The translations under genes were made by a program, and so were the position numbers. A stretch of 64,000 nt of DNA from Narcine bancroftii (lineage: Eukaryota), in the NCBI RefSeq assembly GCF_036971445.1, contig NC_091472.1, positions 239,940,001 to 240,004,000 on the forward strand. The letters are read 5' to 3'. The notes under the pieces are model-generated. The model did not search any database. It was not told where the DNA came from and saw nothing but the letters and a program-made list of their open reading frames with translations. This document shows, piece after piece, positions 25,240 through 36,857 of the stretch (position 1 is the first letter of the stretch; every line of letters begins with the position of its first letter).

Positions 25240-28200
25240 CTTTTTTTGAATATTTTATTTAAAATTTTTCAAATTCAAACAGTGTCAACAATCCATAATA
25301 AGAAAAAAACCACACTATGTTCTCCAATTATATACAAGCTTCATTGTCAAGTTTAAATCAAATACAAATACTGCATATGAAGACAATCACCTCAGAGAAA
25401 AAGAGCAGCAATAAATTAGCCCTCGTCCCTTATTCCTGTAACTGGTCTTTCTGACCAGTTAGGGAGATAAAAACAGAATGCAAAACAAAACAATTACATT
25501 AAAAGAGTTATTATGAGAAAAAAAACAAACCCAAAGAAAAAAAACATAATCGTAAGATTTGCGGGGACCTCACCACCAGACCCACAGTCTTTAAATTTTC
25601 ATGGTCAACCTGATTAAGATGGATCCCCCTCCCCCACCTCCACCCCCCCCCCCCCCCACAGGGAGAGGGCAGATAGAAGAAGACAGAGCGATGAAGCACA
25701 AGGAACAGTACTGCATGATGTAGGTACGGTTGCCAAATTTTAAGGAAGATGTCATATTTCCTCCTTAAATTATAGATAATTTTCTCGAGGGGAACACTGC
25801 TCTACATTTCCATACTGCAACTTGCAATACCCAGATGACAGCCTGACTCCTGGCAACGACTATGCACTTCCTGGCCACCGCCAATGCAATCAACACAAAT
25901 TGGATCTGAAATTTGGACAGCTTCATCGTAAGCCTTATGCCCATGATGTTTCCCAACAGGAACAACTCAGGGCCCTGAGGAAACTCTTTTCCTATGATTT
26001 TCTTTAGGGCTTAGCCTAGCTCTACCCAAAAAGGCCTCACCTTGGAGCACGACCAGGTTGAGTGCACAAAGGTTCCTGTCTCTATGCTGCACCTAAAAAT
26101 TTGATCAGAAATTTCTGGCTTGGTCTTATTCAATTTTTGCGGCATATAGTACAACTGGTGTCGAAAGTTACATTGCACCAGCCTGGATCGAGTATTAATA
26201 ATTAAGGTCATGTTGTCACAACACAGATCTGACCAGCACCCTTTGTCAACCATTACATGTAAGTCTGACTCCCAGTTTTGCCTTGATGTATGAAAACCTG
26301 GTTTCAGGCTTTCAGCTTGGAGTAAGAAACAAATTGCCAAAATAAACTTACATGTGTTCCCCTTTCAAATCAGAGCCTCCATGCCACTGCACACCAGTAG
26401 GACCATGGCTGGACCTAATTTGTCCCTTAAGAAAGACCTTAACTGAAGATAGCAAAAAATGTCCTGTTTGACAAATCATTTTTTTTTAGCTGTTCAAATG
26501 ACATGAGCTTCCCCTGCTCACGACAGTCCTCGATACACCTGATCCCTTTCAACAGGTGCCCAGGATCTTGTTATCTATTGTTAATGGTATTCAGCTGTTT
26601 TGAGTCAGGGTGTTTTTTGAGACAACCCCACTTTAAGTCCAATACATTAATTAATTTTATTCCACACATTAAGTGTATGTTTTAATAAGGGGTTGTCTTT
26701 GTCATCAGATAATAATTTGGAGTCCCATTTATAAATAAAGTCTCCTGCCATCTTCTCACCTATTGTATGCAGGCCAATTTGTCCCCAAGATGGTGTACCT
26801 CCTCCCTCAAAGAGTGAAGCGATATATCTCGATTGCGCTGCCCAATAGTATTTGTTAAAGTCTGGTAATCCAGACTGTAATCCCAGGTTAATTTCTGCAT
26901 GGAGTCTCTGGCCACTTTCCTATTCCAAATGAATCTACTTACCTGTGAGTTAATATTCTGAAAGAATCTCGGGGGCAGTGCCACAGGCAAAGACTGATAG
27001 AGGTACTGAAGCCTTGGCAACACATTCATTTTAAAACAATTGACTCTACTCACCAAAGTAATGGGCAGGGTCATCCATCTGTTTAGGTCTTCCTCAATTT
27101 TTTTGAGCAAGGGGGTAGAATTTAGTTGATATACACTTTGAAGATTATTGTCCACCCTGATTCCTAGGTATTTGATTCCCTTTTGTGGCCACTTCAATTG
27201 ACTGTTTTCTTTAAATTGACTCTAGTCTCCTTTTGTAAGTGGCATAATTTCACTCTTGTCCCAATTAATCTTGTATCCAGAGACTTTCCCATAATCCTCC
27301 AAAGTAGAGTGGAGCTTGATCAACGAACTTGCTGGGTCTGTCAAATATATCAGCACATCATCTGCAAATAAATTGACTTTTGTGTTCTTTCCAGCCCACT
27401 TTGAACCCCTTGATGTCTGGATCCTGTCGTATGGCTTCAGCCAATGGTTCTATAGCCAAAATGAAAAGACCTGGAGACAACAGACACCCTGTCTACTAGA
27501 TCTCAATATTGGAAAGGCTGGAGATATTTGCCCATCGGTCACAACTTTTACCTTGGGCATGTGGTACAGCGCTTTAATCCAATTTATAAAAGTTGGCCCG
27601 AGCTCAAATTTCTCCAGTACTTAAACAGGAAGTCCCACTTTAACGTACTAACATCTTCTCAGCATCCAGGGCCATGGCCAGATGTATGCTGCTCAGCAAT
27701 CTGCTTATGTTATCCCCAGTCTGTCTCTTTTGCACAAAGCCCACTTCATCTAAATTTGTTAGCTTTGGCAAATGCTTCACCAATCAATTTGCCAGGATCT
27801 TGCAAGTATCTTATAGTCCATATTGAGCATTGAAATAGGTCTATAAGAGGATGGGTTCAATGGGTCCCTATCTTTTTTAGGAATCACTGAAATAATTGCC
27901 ATTGTAAAAGATTCTGGGAGTGTATGAGCTTCAACCACCTGATCCACCACCTCCATAAAGATGGTGATCAGGAGATCTTTGAATTACCTATAAAACTTGG
28001 GAGAAACCCATCCTCCCTCAGAGACTTGCCAGCTTGTAACAGAATTGACACTTTTACTATTTCTTCTTCTGTGAAGGGAGCGCTCAATCCCTTCTGATCT
28101 TTCTGACCTAAATTTGGCAACTCCAGGAGTTCATCTATTTTCTCAGGCTTCCCCAATGATTCTGAATTGTACAATTTTTCATAAAATTGTCTGAAGACTT

Positions 28201-28935
28201 CATTTATTTCCTTTGTCTTATATGAGATCCTGTCATCCCCTGTATGGACCACATTAATCATTCTTGAGGCCTCCTTGCCCTCAGCTGCCAGAAGAGGACT
28301 TAATGGGCTCGTTACCCCAAAGTAATATTTCTGCTTCTATATCAGTATGGCCTTCCCCATCGTATATGTTTGGAGTGTATTATTTTTAAGTTTTTTGTTT
28401 GTCAAAGCCTGATATCTTTCATCTGAGTCCAAGTTTTGTAAATCTTTTTCTAAGTCAGCAATTTCCTGTTCCAATTCCTCTACCTCCCTTAAATATTCTC
28501 TTTTCACTGCTTTTGTATATCAAATTATTTAACCTCTCAAGAGCGTCCCAAATAAGGAATTTGCCTGCAGTCGAGTTACAGTTGGCGTTACAGAATATGT
28601 CTATCTGGGTTCTAATAAAGCTACAAACCTCTGGCTTCTTAAACAGCAATGTTTAAGGCACCATCTGTCTGCCATCCCCTGTTTATCTGGCATTGCAATT
28701 GTCAGTGTCAAAGACAAAAGACTCGCCACGTACTCAGTTCAATGATCCTACCTTCTATATGGGCAGTCGCCAACAATAAACATATCCGGGTGTAGGAAAA
28801 ATGCTGCCTCAAATAGAAGGAATAGTCGCTCTCCCTTGGATGCTGCCGCCTCCATGCATCTATTAAGTTAGCTCTTTCATAAAAGTCAGGGTAGTTTTAG
28901 CCACCCTGACTTTAGTTACCCCTCTTGATCCAGAC
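25240..28935 (-). mobile_element. L1/Tx1-type LINE ORF2 (decayed, 5'-truncated)
   Basis: Minus-strand peptides LFADDVL (~27350-27372), KYLGI...W..LPITLVSRVNCFKMNVLPRLQYL and INEVFRQFYEKLY. T-rich tail with tttatt at ~25240-25270. Confidence 0.85.
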
Positions 28936-28959
28936 AGAAATAATAATAAAAATAAATCA

Positions 28960-30070
28960 GAATCAGAATTTATTGTCATGATCAAGTCACAAAATTTGTT
29001 GTTTTGCAGCAGCGTCAAAGTGGAAAATATTTATAGAAACCACCTTCCAACAATTAAAAATAAGAGTGCATGAAAAGTAAGGCAGTTCATTGATCATTCA
29101 GAAATCTGATGGCAGTGGGGAAGAAGCTGTCCTTGTGCCGCTAAGGGTTCATCTTTAAGCTCCTGTACCTTTATCCCGAGGGTAGTAGCTGACGTGGACT
29201 TTTTTACCCCCTCCATAAATCTTCGTCCGCGAAGCCAAGCCAAAGAAAGAAGAAAAGCAGAGTGAAGAGGGCATGGCCTGGTTGGTGGGGGTCTTTGAGT
29301 ATAGAGGTTGCTTTTTTAAGACATCATCTCCTGTAGATGTCTTCGATGGAGTGAAGTCTGGTGCCTGTGATGTCGCAGGTCGAGTTAACAACCCTCTGGA
29401 ATTTATTCTTGTCCTGAGAGTTGGCACCTCCAGACTGTGATGTAATCAGCCAGAATGCTTTCCATGGAATACCTCTAGAAGTTTTTGAGAGTCTTTGGTG
29501 ACATACCAAATCTCCTCAAAAACTTCACAAATATAGCCACTGACAAGCCTTCTTCCTGTGTGCATCAACATGAAGGTTCCATGACAGATCCTTGGAGATG
29601 TTGACACTCAGGAATCTGAAGTTATTGACCATTTCCACTACTGAGCCCTCGATGAGGACTGGTCGTGTTCTCCTGATTTCCTCCTGAAGTCTATGATCAT
29701 CTCCTTGGTTTTGCTAACATTGAGCACAAGGTTGTTGATGTGACAATGTGACCCCATTCAACGAGCTGATCCATCTCCCTCCTGTACGTTTCCTCATTGC
29801 TGGTTGTTATTCTGCGGACATCTGTGGTGTCATTGGCAAATTTGTAGATAGCATTGGAATTGTGCCTGGCCACACAGTCATGGGTGTTTAATGAGAAGAG
29901 CAGTGGGCTAAGCACGCATCCTTGACTATGTGTACCTGTGTGATAATCAGTGAAGAGGAGACATTGTTTCTATTTCATACTGATTGCGGTCTTCTGATGA
30001 GGAATTTAAGGATCCAGTTACACAGAGGGTTCAGAGGCCCAGAGTTTGTCGCTTCTTGACCAGCACTGAG
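28960..30070 (-). mobile_element. Rex1/L2-like LINE 3' fragment
   Basis: LSPLLFSLNTHDC...IYKFANDTT (RT motif). (TCAGAA)n tail near 28960. Confidence 0.7.
29187..29255 (+). mobile_element. ~70-bp 3' stub of the young RTE family
   Basis: agctgacgtggactttttta-ccccctccataaatcttcgtccgcgaagccaagccaaagaaagaag matches 2219-2286. Confidence 0.9.
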
Positions 30071-30583
30071 GGAAGAAAAGAGCTGGGTGCAGTGTTAAAA
30101 AGACCATGCAAGGTATAGAGAACAGTACAGCTAAGAAGTGCAGGAGCATCATCTTTTACCACTGGGAGGTCCAGTCAAGAGCACAAACTTAATTTCAGAT
30201 TTTATTACATCAAGGAAAATAATGTTTTGATTTCCACCAGCTCATAGAAAACTGGTCTTGAATCTGGAGGCTTGAGTTTTCAATCTCATGTAGCTTCTGC
30301 CTGATGGGTGGAGAGAGAAAGTGTGATCAGGGGTGGATAGGTCCTTTATAGTTAATAGCTCTACTGAAAACTAGGATGAACATCTAAAAACCAATGTGCT
30401 GTTATTTGAGTCAGTTTGTGCAGATGGTTGACAAACTGTTCTGGAATACAAGCAGGAGAGCTCTTTAAAAGTTTACATTTATAAGAGCAGAAGGTGGAAA
30501 GTCAACTTTTGTTGGCTAAGTGATTTGAAATAAAGGTGTATTGTTAGATTATTGTCAAAACATTGATCTTAATTATGATCCAG

Positions 30584-30851
30584 TATTGAGGGGGCTCCTA
30601 CAGGATGAGGATTTACGAGAGGCCTGACTTTGGAGGCCAGATGATGGAATTCATGGACGACTATCCCTCCATCTACGATCGTTTCCGTAACTGTGACATC
30701 CACTCCTGCCAGGTGACAGATGGTTACTGGATATTCTATGAGCAGCCCAACCACAGAGGCTGTCAGTACTTCCTGAGACCCAGTGAATACAGGAGATACA
30801 GTGACTGGGCCGACTACACCTCCACCATCCTTTAAGAACATGAAAAACTAG
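30584..30851 (+). pseudogene. orphan gamma-crystallin exon 3 pseudogene
   Basis: After the gatccag acceptor: TAT TGA (CGA>TGA stop at codon 2), then [16 protein letters not shown]... with a decayed, frameshifted 3' end. I found no exon 1 or exon 2 between 24 kb and 30.5 kb. Confidence 0.88.
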
Positions 30852-30922
30852 GAGAAAGCAATGATCCAGTCTTTCTGAAATATTCCTTTCCACCTGACAT
30901 GTTCCATTGATTTAGTCAAGAT

Positions 30923-31296
30923 CAGTGGTTTTCAAACTTTTTCTTTCCACTCACATATCACTTTAAGTAATCCCTATGCCATCGGTGCTCTGTGATTAGT
31001 AAGGGATTGCTTAAGGTGGGATGTGAGTGGGAAAGAAAGGTTGAGAATCATTGCTCTCGACCCAATTGTGACTTAAATATTTTGCTTGAGAAAAATTGTC
31101 ATTGACCCATTTCCTTTAGAGTTATGAAACTGTGCAAATAATGAGTCAATTAGGTACAATTAAAAGTGGGTTTCAAACTTTTTCTTTCCACCCACATAAA
31201 ACCTTAAGCAATCCCTTACTAATCACAAAGCACCTATGGCATAGGGAGTACATAAAGTGGCATGTGAGGGGAAAGGAAAAAGGTTGAAAACCACTA
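30923..31296. mobile_element. hAT-like MITE built from two inverted ~130-bp units
   Basis: TIRs CAGTGGTTTTCAAACTTTT...AAAAGGTTGAAAACCACTA. Internal arms are reverse-complementary. Degenerate 8-bp flanks gtcaagat/gtatagac. Confidence 0.75.
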
Positions 31297-32854
31297 GTAT
31301 AGACTATAGTAAAGATCAATAGAAAGTGGATAAAAATGATTTGAGGATCATTTTAACTAATTTCTTGAATTGCATTCAATCCATTGACATCAATAACTGC
31401 AAATATAGGAATATGTGTTGTGGACATTATTGTTAATTTAATATAGTGACCTTGAAAAAGGGCTCAGGCCCAAAATGCTGATACTTGCGAGAAGGGCTCA
31501 GGCCCAAAACATTGATTATATGTTGCCTACTATGGTCGCTGTGAGACTTTCTGAGTTCCTCCAACATTTTAGTTTTTTTTACTACAATCACAGCGTCTGC
31601 AGACTTCTGTGTTTCATCCCTCATTAAATAAAATGAGATATGACATACAGTCACTCTGAGGACTGCTGGTGGAAATCAAAACATTATTTTCCTTGATGTA
31701 ATAAAATCTGAAATTAAAATCAGGGCCTTTTAAAGGAAAATGATGGATGGGATTTTCCCCACCTTCATACTTGCTCACAACTCCAGCAGATGTCCATCAT
31801 CTACTAACCTCAAGAAACAAAAACAGGGGGACTCCACTTCCTATGTTGACTGTTTTAACCAAGGGAAAAAAAAATTCTCAACGCTAAAGCTGACAAGATG
31901 TCAGAGATTTTTTTTAAAAATTTCTTTATGCTGGGAACATGACACTTGCATCCATAAGAAAAACAAAAGTTTCTACGCTCAGGAAGCTGACAATGAAAAC
32001 AAAAAAGCTGCAAATATCAGGATGCCTTCATGCAAAGGGAGCTGGAGCCAATGTTATAGGATAAAAGAGATAGCTTAAACAAATAGTGAAATGGTTACAT
32101 CAGGGCGGGGCAGTCAGTTGCAGAACTTTGAACAAGGGCACAAGGATCATGATTCGCACCCCACAAAAAAGTGCTCAGCCTCCCAGATTGGTGTTGTCTC
32201 TAGATCACTAAGCTTTCTGAATTCCTTCATTGCTACCCACATAGTTCATAGGCCTGCTGCCCTAGTAAGGGGCACAGTAATGTAGCTCATAGAACTCACA
32301 GCTCTGCCAGCCCTGGTTCAATTCTGACCTGACTTCTGGTGTTGCCTGTGTGAAAGTTGCACCTTTACCCTATGATCTTGTGGATCGATTTTCTCTGGGT
32401 CTTTCTGTTTTCTCCCACGTCCATAGGCTCTTTGGCTAATTGTAAACTAAACAATGGTGGAACCACTAGTGTCCCTAGGGGGTGTGGAGGGTGCAGACCT
32501 CACCGGGTGACACCATCGGGGGGGGGGGGTGGTGACAACAAAATGACTGTCTATGAAATTTTTGTGCAGTTTCAGCAGAAATTTATTATTTTTTATAAAA
32601 ATATACCTGTAGTTAGTTAGAACAACAAAAATATTTTTCATGAACCCAACTAACATGTACCAATATACCTACAAGGCTAAGACTCGATGCTAATTTAATT
32701 TTTGAACCTTCTAATGCGCAAAGTCAGAGCTCCCCCACCTCCCTCCCCGCACTCAGCGCTGCTGCCACCACTCCCCCCACCCCCGCTCAGTCCTGCTGCC
32801 GTTGTCCCAGACATACAAGGAAACACAACTGTTTCTTCTACGCTAGGTACAATC

Positions 32855-33890
32855 GTACTCGGTCCATTAGCAAATTCCAAAGTTTCAGATTCATTAGCAA
32901 AAAATTGTGCTCGGTATTCTCCATAAAAGACTTTACGGACTGCTGGATATCAAAAAGCAAATTTATATCCTTTTTTCTGTAAAACTGATTTTCCTGGATT
33001 AAATTCTTTTCTTCTCTTAACAACACCATTACTCAGGTCTGCATAAGAGAATACTCTACTATTCCGAATCATTAATGGACCTTGCTGTTCCCTTGCTTTT
33101 TGAACGTACTATTTCAATATCATTTCTCTATTTCGATAACGTAAACACAATCAAAATGGACGTGGCGGTTGTCCTGGATATGGTTTCTTTCTAGGAGTCC
33201 TATGTGCTCTATCAAGTTCCAGTCCACTCAGACCCCAAAAATTCAGGTAACCAATTTTGAAAAAAACTGTACTGGATTGGTGCCCTCAAAATCTTCAGGA
33301 AGACCAATAATTTTAGCATTATTTCTTCGGCTCTGATTTTCCAACATATCTGAACCTCCCATGTCGTGAAAGAATCTTCTATCTTATTAACTGTATCTTT
33401 ATATTCTTCTACTTCCATATGACACTCTTGAAAATCTTCTTCAAATTTTTGAACCTTAATTTTAATTTTGTCTACAGTTTTTATATATTTTGCCATATCA
33501 GTCTTCATTACAGTAATTTCTTCCTTAACACCTCCCAATTGTGTAGTAAATTCTGTTCTTACTTCAGCACATTTTTAAAATCTATTTGCTCAGAAATGTT
33601 ATGAAGAATTTGGGGGTCCAGAGGTTCTGGAATAACATAGCATGTCCCCTCTTTACCTTGAATATATTGACTTCTTCTTTCATCTTCTGATTCCTCTCCT
33701 TGTGACTGTGGCACACAGCCTTCTTCTTCTTCTACTCTGATCTCCTCTTCTTCCTCTTCTTCAATGTTGTCAGCAGCTGAGCCTGTGCACGAGCCCTTTG
33801 TCCGACTCCTGTCTGGCCAGCAACGCTGGTCGACACAAGGCCCGTAGACGCCGTACAGGCCGCTTCCGTTGTCCGCATGCACTGAAATTC
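32855..33890 (-). mobile_element. L1 ORF1 fragment (decayed)
   Basis: Coiled-coil-like ORF 33212-33538 and RAHRTPRKKPYPGQPPRP-like sequence homologous to the 14.8-16 kb L1 ORF1. Confidence 0.75.
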
Positions 33891-34099
33891 CTACATGGTG
33901 CAGCCAAATAGGTATTGTAAAGAAAAACTATTAGAGTAAACTAATTCAATTAAATTATAGAGACAAAAATAAATAAGAGATTGATAATAAATATTCAAGG
34001 CAATCATTGTGAAAAAATAGACGCAATAGGGCAGGCAGTCCTTTTGTGATGTTGGAGCAGTCCATGATTCATCTAACAAGGGGAGGTTTAAATTGGAGA

Positions 34100-35900
34100 G
34101 CTGTTGGAAATAAACTGTTCTTGAATCTAGAGGTGATGGTCTTCAGGCTTCTGTGGCTTCAGCCCAAAGGTAGCAGTGAGGAGAGGTTATGGCCAGGGTG
34201 ATGGGGGTTGTTTATGATGTTCCTGCCTTCTCGAGGCGGTGACTCAGATAGATATGTGAAATGGATGCAAGGTTGGAGCGTGTGATGGATCTGACTATGT
34301 TTATGACCTTCTCGAGTTTTCTGCATTCAAGGGCAGTTGAATTTCGAAACAAGGATATGATGCGACCTGTTAGTATACTTTCCATAGTGCACCAGTAGAA
34401 GTTTGTTAGAATATTTGATGACTTGCCAAATCTTCTTTGACTCCTTAGAAAGTTGCTGTGGCTTTTACACTGTTGCCTCGATGTGCTGGTTCCAGGAGAG
34501 TCTTCCAAAATCTGGATTCCCAGGAACTTGAAGGTTCAAATCCTCTCCACTTCCGTCCCATGAATACAGACAGGTGTGTGGTCCCTTAGCTTTTCCTTCT
34601 AAAATCATCAATACTTCCTTGTTTTTAGTGCTGTCGAGAGCAAGAATATTGTTCTGGCACCACCCAACCAGATTCTTCATCTCCATCCTTTATTCTGCCT
34701 CATAATTTCCTGGTATTCAGAAAGCAATGGTGGTCTTGTCAGTACTTTTGTAGATTGAGTTGAAGATGAACTTGGTGAAATGGCCATGAGTGTACAGGGA
34801 ATAGAGTATACAACCTTGAGGTGCTAATTGTTGATTATCAGCATGGGGGAGCTGATGTTTCTGATACACACTGATTGAGGTCTGCCGATGAGGAAGTCGA
34901 GAATCCAGTTACAGAGGAACAGACAGGGTCCCAGGTTATTTAACTTGGTCATGAGTGAGGCCAAATTTGGAATACTGTGTGCAGTTCTGGTTGCTGAATT
35001 ATAGGAAGGATATCAACAAGGTAGAGAGAGTGCAGAGAAGATTTACGAAAATGTTACCTGGGTTTCAGCAGCTAGATTACAAAGAAAGATTGGGCAGATT
35101 AGGTCTTTATTCGCTGGGGCGTAGAAGGTTGAGAGGGGGATTTGATAGAGGTATTTAAGATTATGAGGGGGATAGAAAGAGTTGATGTGGATAGACTTTT
35201 TCCATTGAGTGTAGGAGAGATTAAAGCAAGAAGTCATGAGTAAAGAATTAAGGGGCAAAAGTTTAGAAGTTACTCAGAGAGTGGTGACTGTGTGGAATGA
35301 GCTTCTGGGAGAAGTAGTGGCTTCAGGGTCCATTTTGTCATTTAATGAAAAATTGGATAGGTATATGGATGGGAGGGGAATGGAGGGTTATGGGCAGGGT
35401 GCAGGTAGGTGGGACTAGAGGAGAGGACTTGGTTCGGTGTGGACTAGAAGGGCCAAGATGGCCTGTTTCTGTGCTGTAATTGTTATATGGTTAAATGATT
35501 ATATATGGTGTTGAATGCTGAGCTGCAGTCAATGAACAACAGTCTGTCATAGGTGTTCCTGTGGTCTGGGTGATTTAATACAGAGTGGAGGCTCAGCAAG
35601 GTGACATCTGCCATTAACCTGTTTCTCAGGAGGGAGTTGATTTGCTCTGAGACAAACCTTTCAATGCCCTTAACCATGGTAGACATCAGTGCTACTCGTC
35701 AGCAGTCAATGAGGCAGGTCATCATGTTTTTCTTGGGCAACAGAATAATGAATGAGCTTTTGAAGCAGTGGAGACCCCTGACCTTTCTAGCAAGAGGCCG
35801 AAAATACCCACAAAATCTCCATCCAGTTGGTCACACAGATTTTAAAGACTGGGGCAAGAGAATTAATGCTTCCTGAGGATTCTGTTCACCTCAGCCTCAG
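34100..35900. mobile_element. Rex/L2-like LINE (-) with nested CR1 3' fragment (+, ~34955-35490)
   Basis: RLLFIDCSSAFNTI and ILTNFYWCTMESILT on the minus strand; [11 protein letters not shown] on the plus strand. Confidence 0.7.
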
Positions 35901-36743
35901 AGACTGGGAGCACAGAGTCACCAGGAGATGTGGGGATTTGCAAGGGTTCATCATTGTTTTCTCTATTGAAAAGAGCACAGAAAGCATGGATCTCATCCAG
36001 AATTAATGCTGCTGTCTTGTTTCACCTTATAGGAGGTAATGTCATGCCACAACTGTCAGGGGCCTGTCTGAGACTTCATCTTGGTACAGAACAGTGTCTT
36101 TTTATTGATGATGGCTTTCTGTAGGTTATACCTGGACGTTCTTTATGCTTCTGAATGTCCTGACCTTCCAGCAGCACAGATCTGGTCTTCAACAGATCTC
36201 TTGGTTCATTCATGGCTTCTAATTTGGATACACTCAGATAATCTTCTGAGGAACACATTTCCTGATAAAGCGAGTGGTCACTGTGATATATTCAGATCCA
36301 TTGTTGAGTCCTCAAACGTGGCCTGTCCACCGCCTCCAGGCAGTCTCAGATGTGTTCATCGGCCCTCCCACACCATCTCCAGTCCAGTCTTCACTGCCAG
36401 TTTAATCATTTGATCTGATGGGGATGGGGGGGGGTGGGGGATAGCAGAGAGGGGAGAGAGGTCACACAGATCTGACTCTTTGCAAGATGACTTGTTCCAA
36501 CAAAAAAAGTAATTTGACAATAGAGTTGACTGAATGGGCAACAAATGAGGTGGGTTTCAAGGCCATGGGGCTTTCCAGAATGTCTTTGTGATTTATGCTG
36601 ATTTTCCAGCCCTGCATCATTAAAAAAAATCTGCAGTGTAGCGCAGAGAACAAGATCATCAGAATGGCATGAATGCAAGCTGATCATTTGCTTTGTATAA
36701 GAGAGTTTTCCTGAAATATCCCCAACTCACTTCAATTCAGTTG

Positions 36744-36814
36744 GTTTTGCTGATTTGGGATTTGTTCAGTTAACAAAGGCATTCTCTTTCAGGGCACTCA
36801 CTCAAATATATAAA
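36744..36814 (+). promoter_or_regulatory. crystallin promoter: TTTTGCTGA half-MARE (core 36748-36753), SOX-like AACAAAG, TATATAAA (36807-36814)
   Basis: Motifs lie directly upstream of ATG 36858. Confidence 0.6.
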
Positions 36815-36857
36815 TTCTGAGCTGTGCCGAGACTTGGAATCTAGCTCCGAACTGAAC

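Larger units (their letters stand above)
30189..31717. repeat. perfect 53-bp inverted repeat pair (30189-30241 / 31665-31717)
   Basis: ttaatttcagattttattacatcaaggaaaataatgttttgatttccaccagc and its exact reverse complement. Confidence 0.92.
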
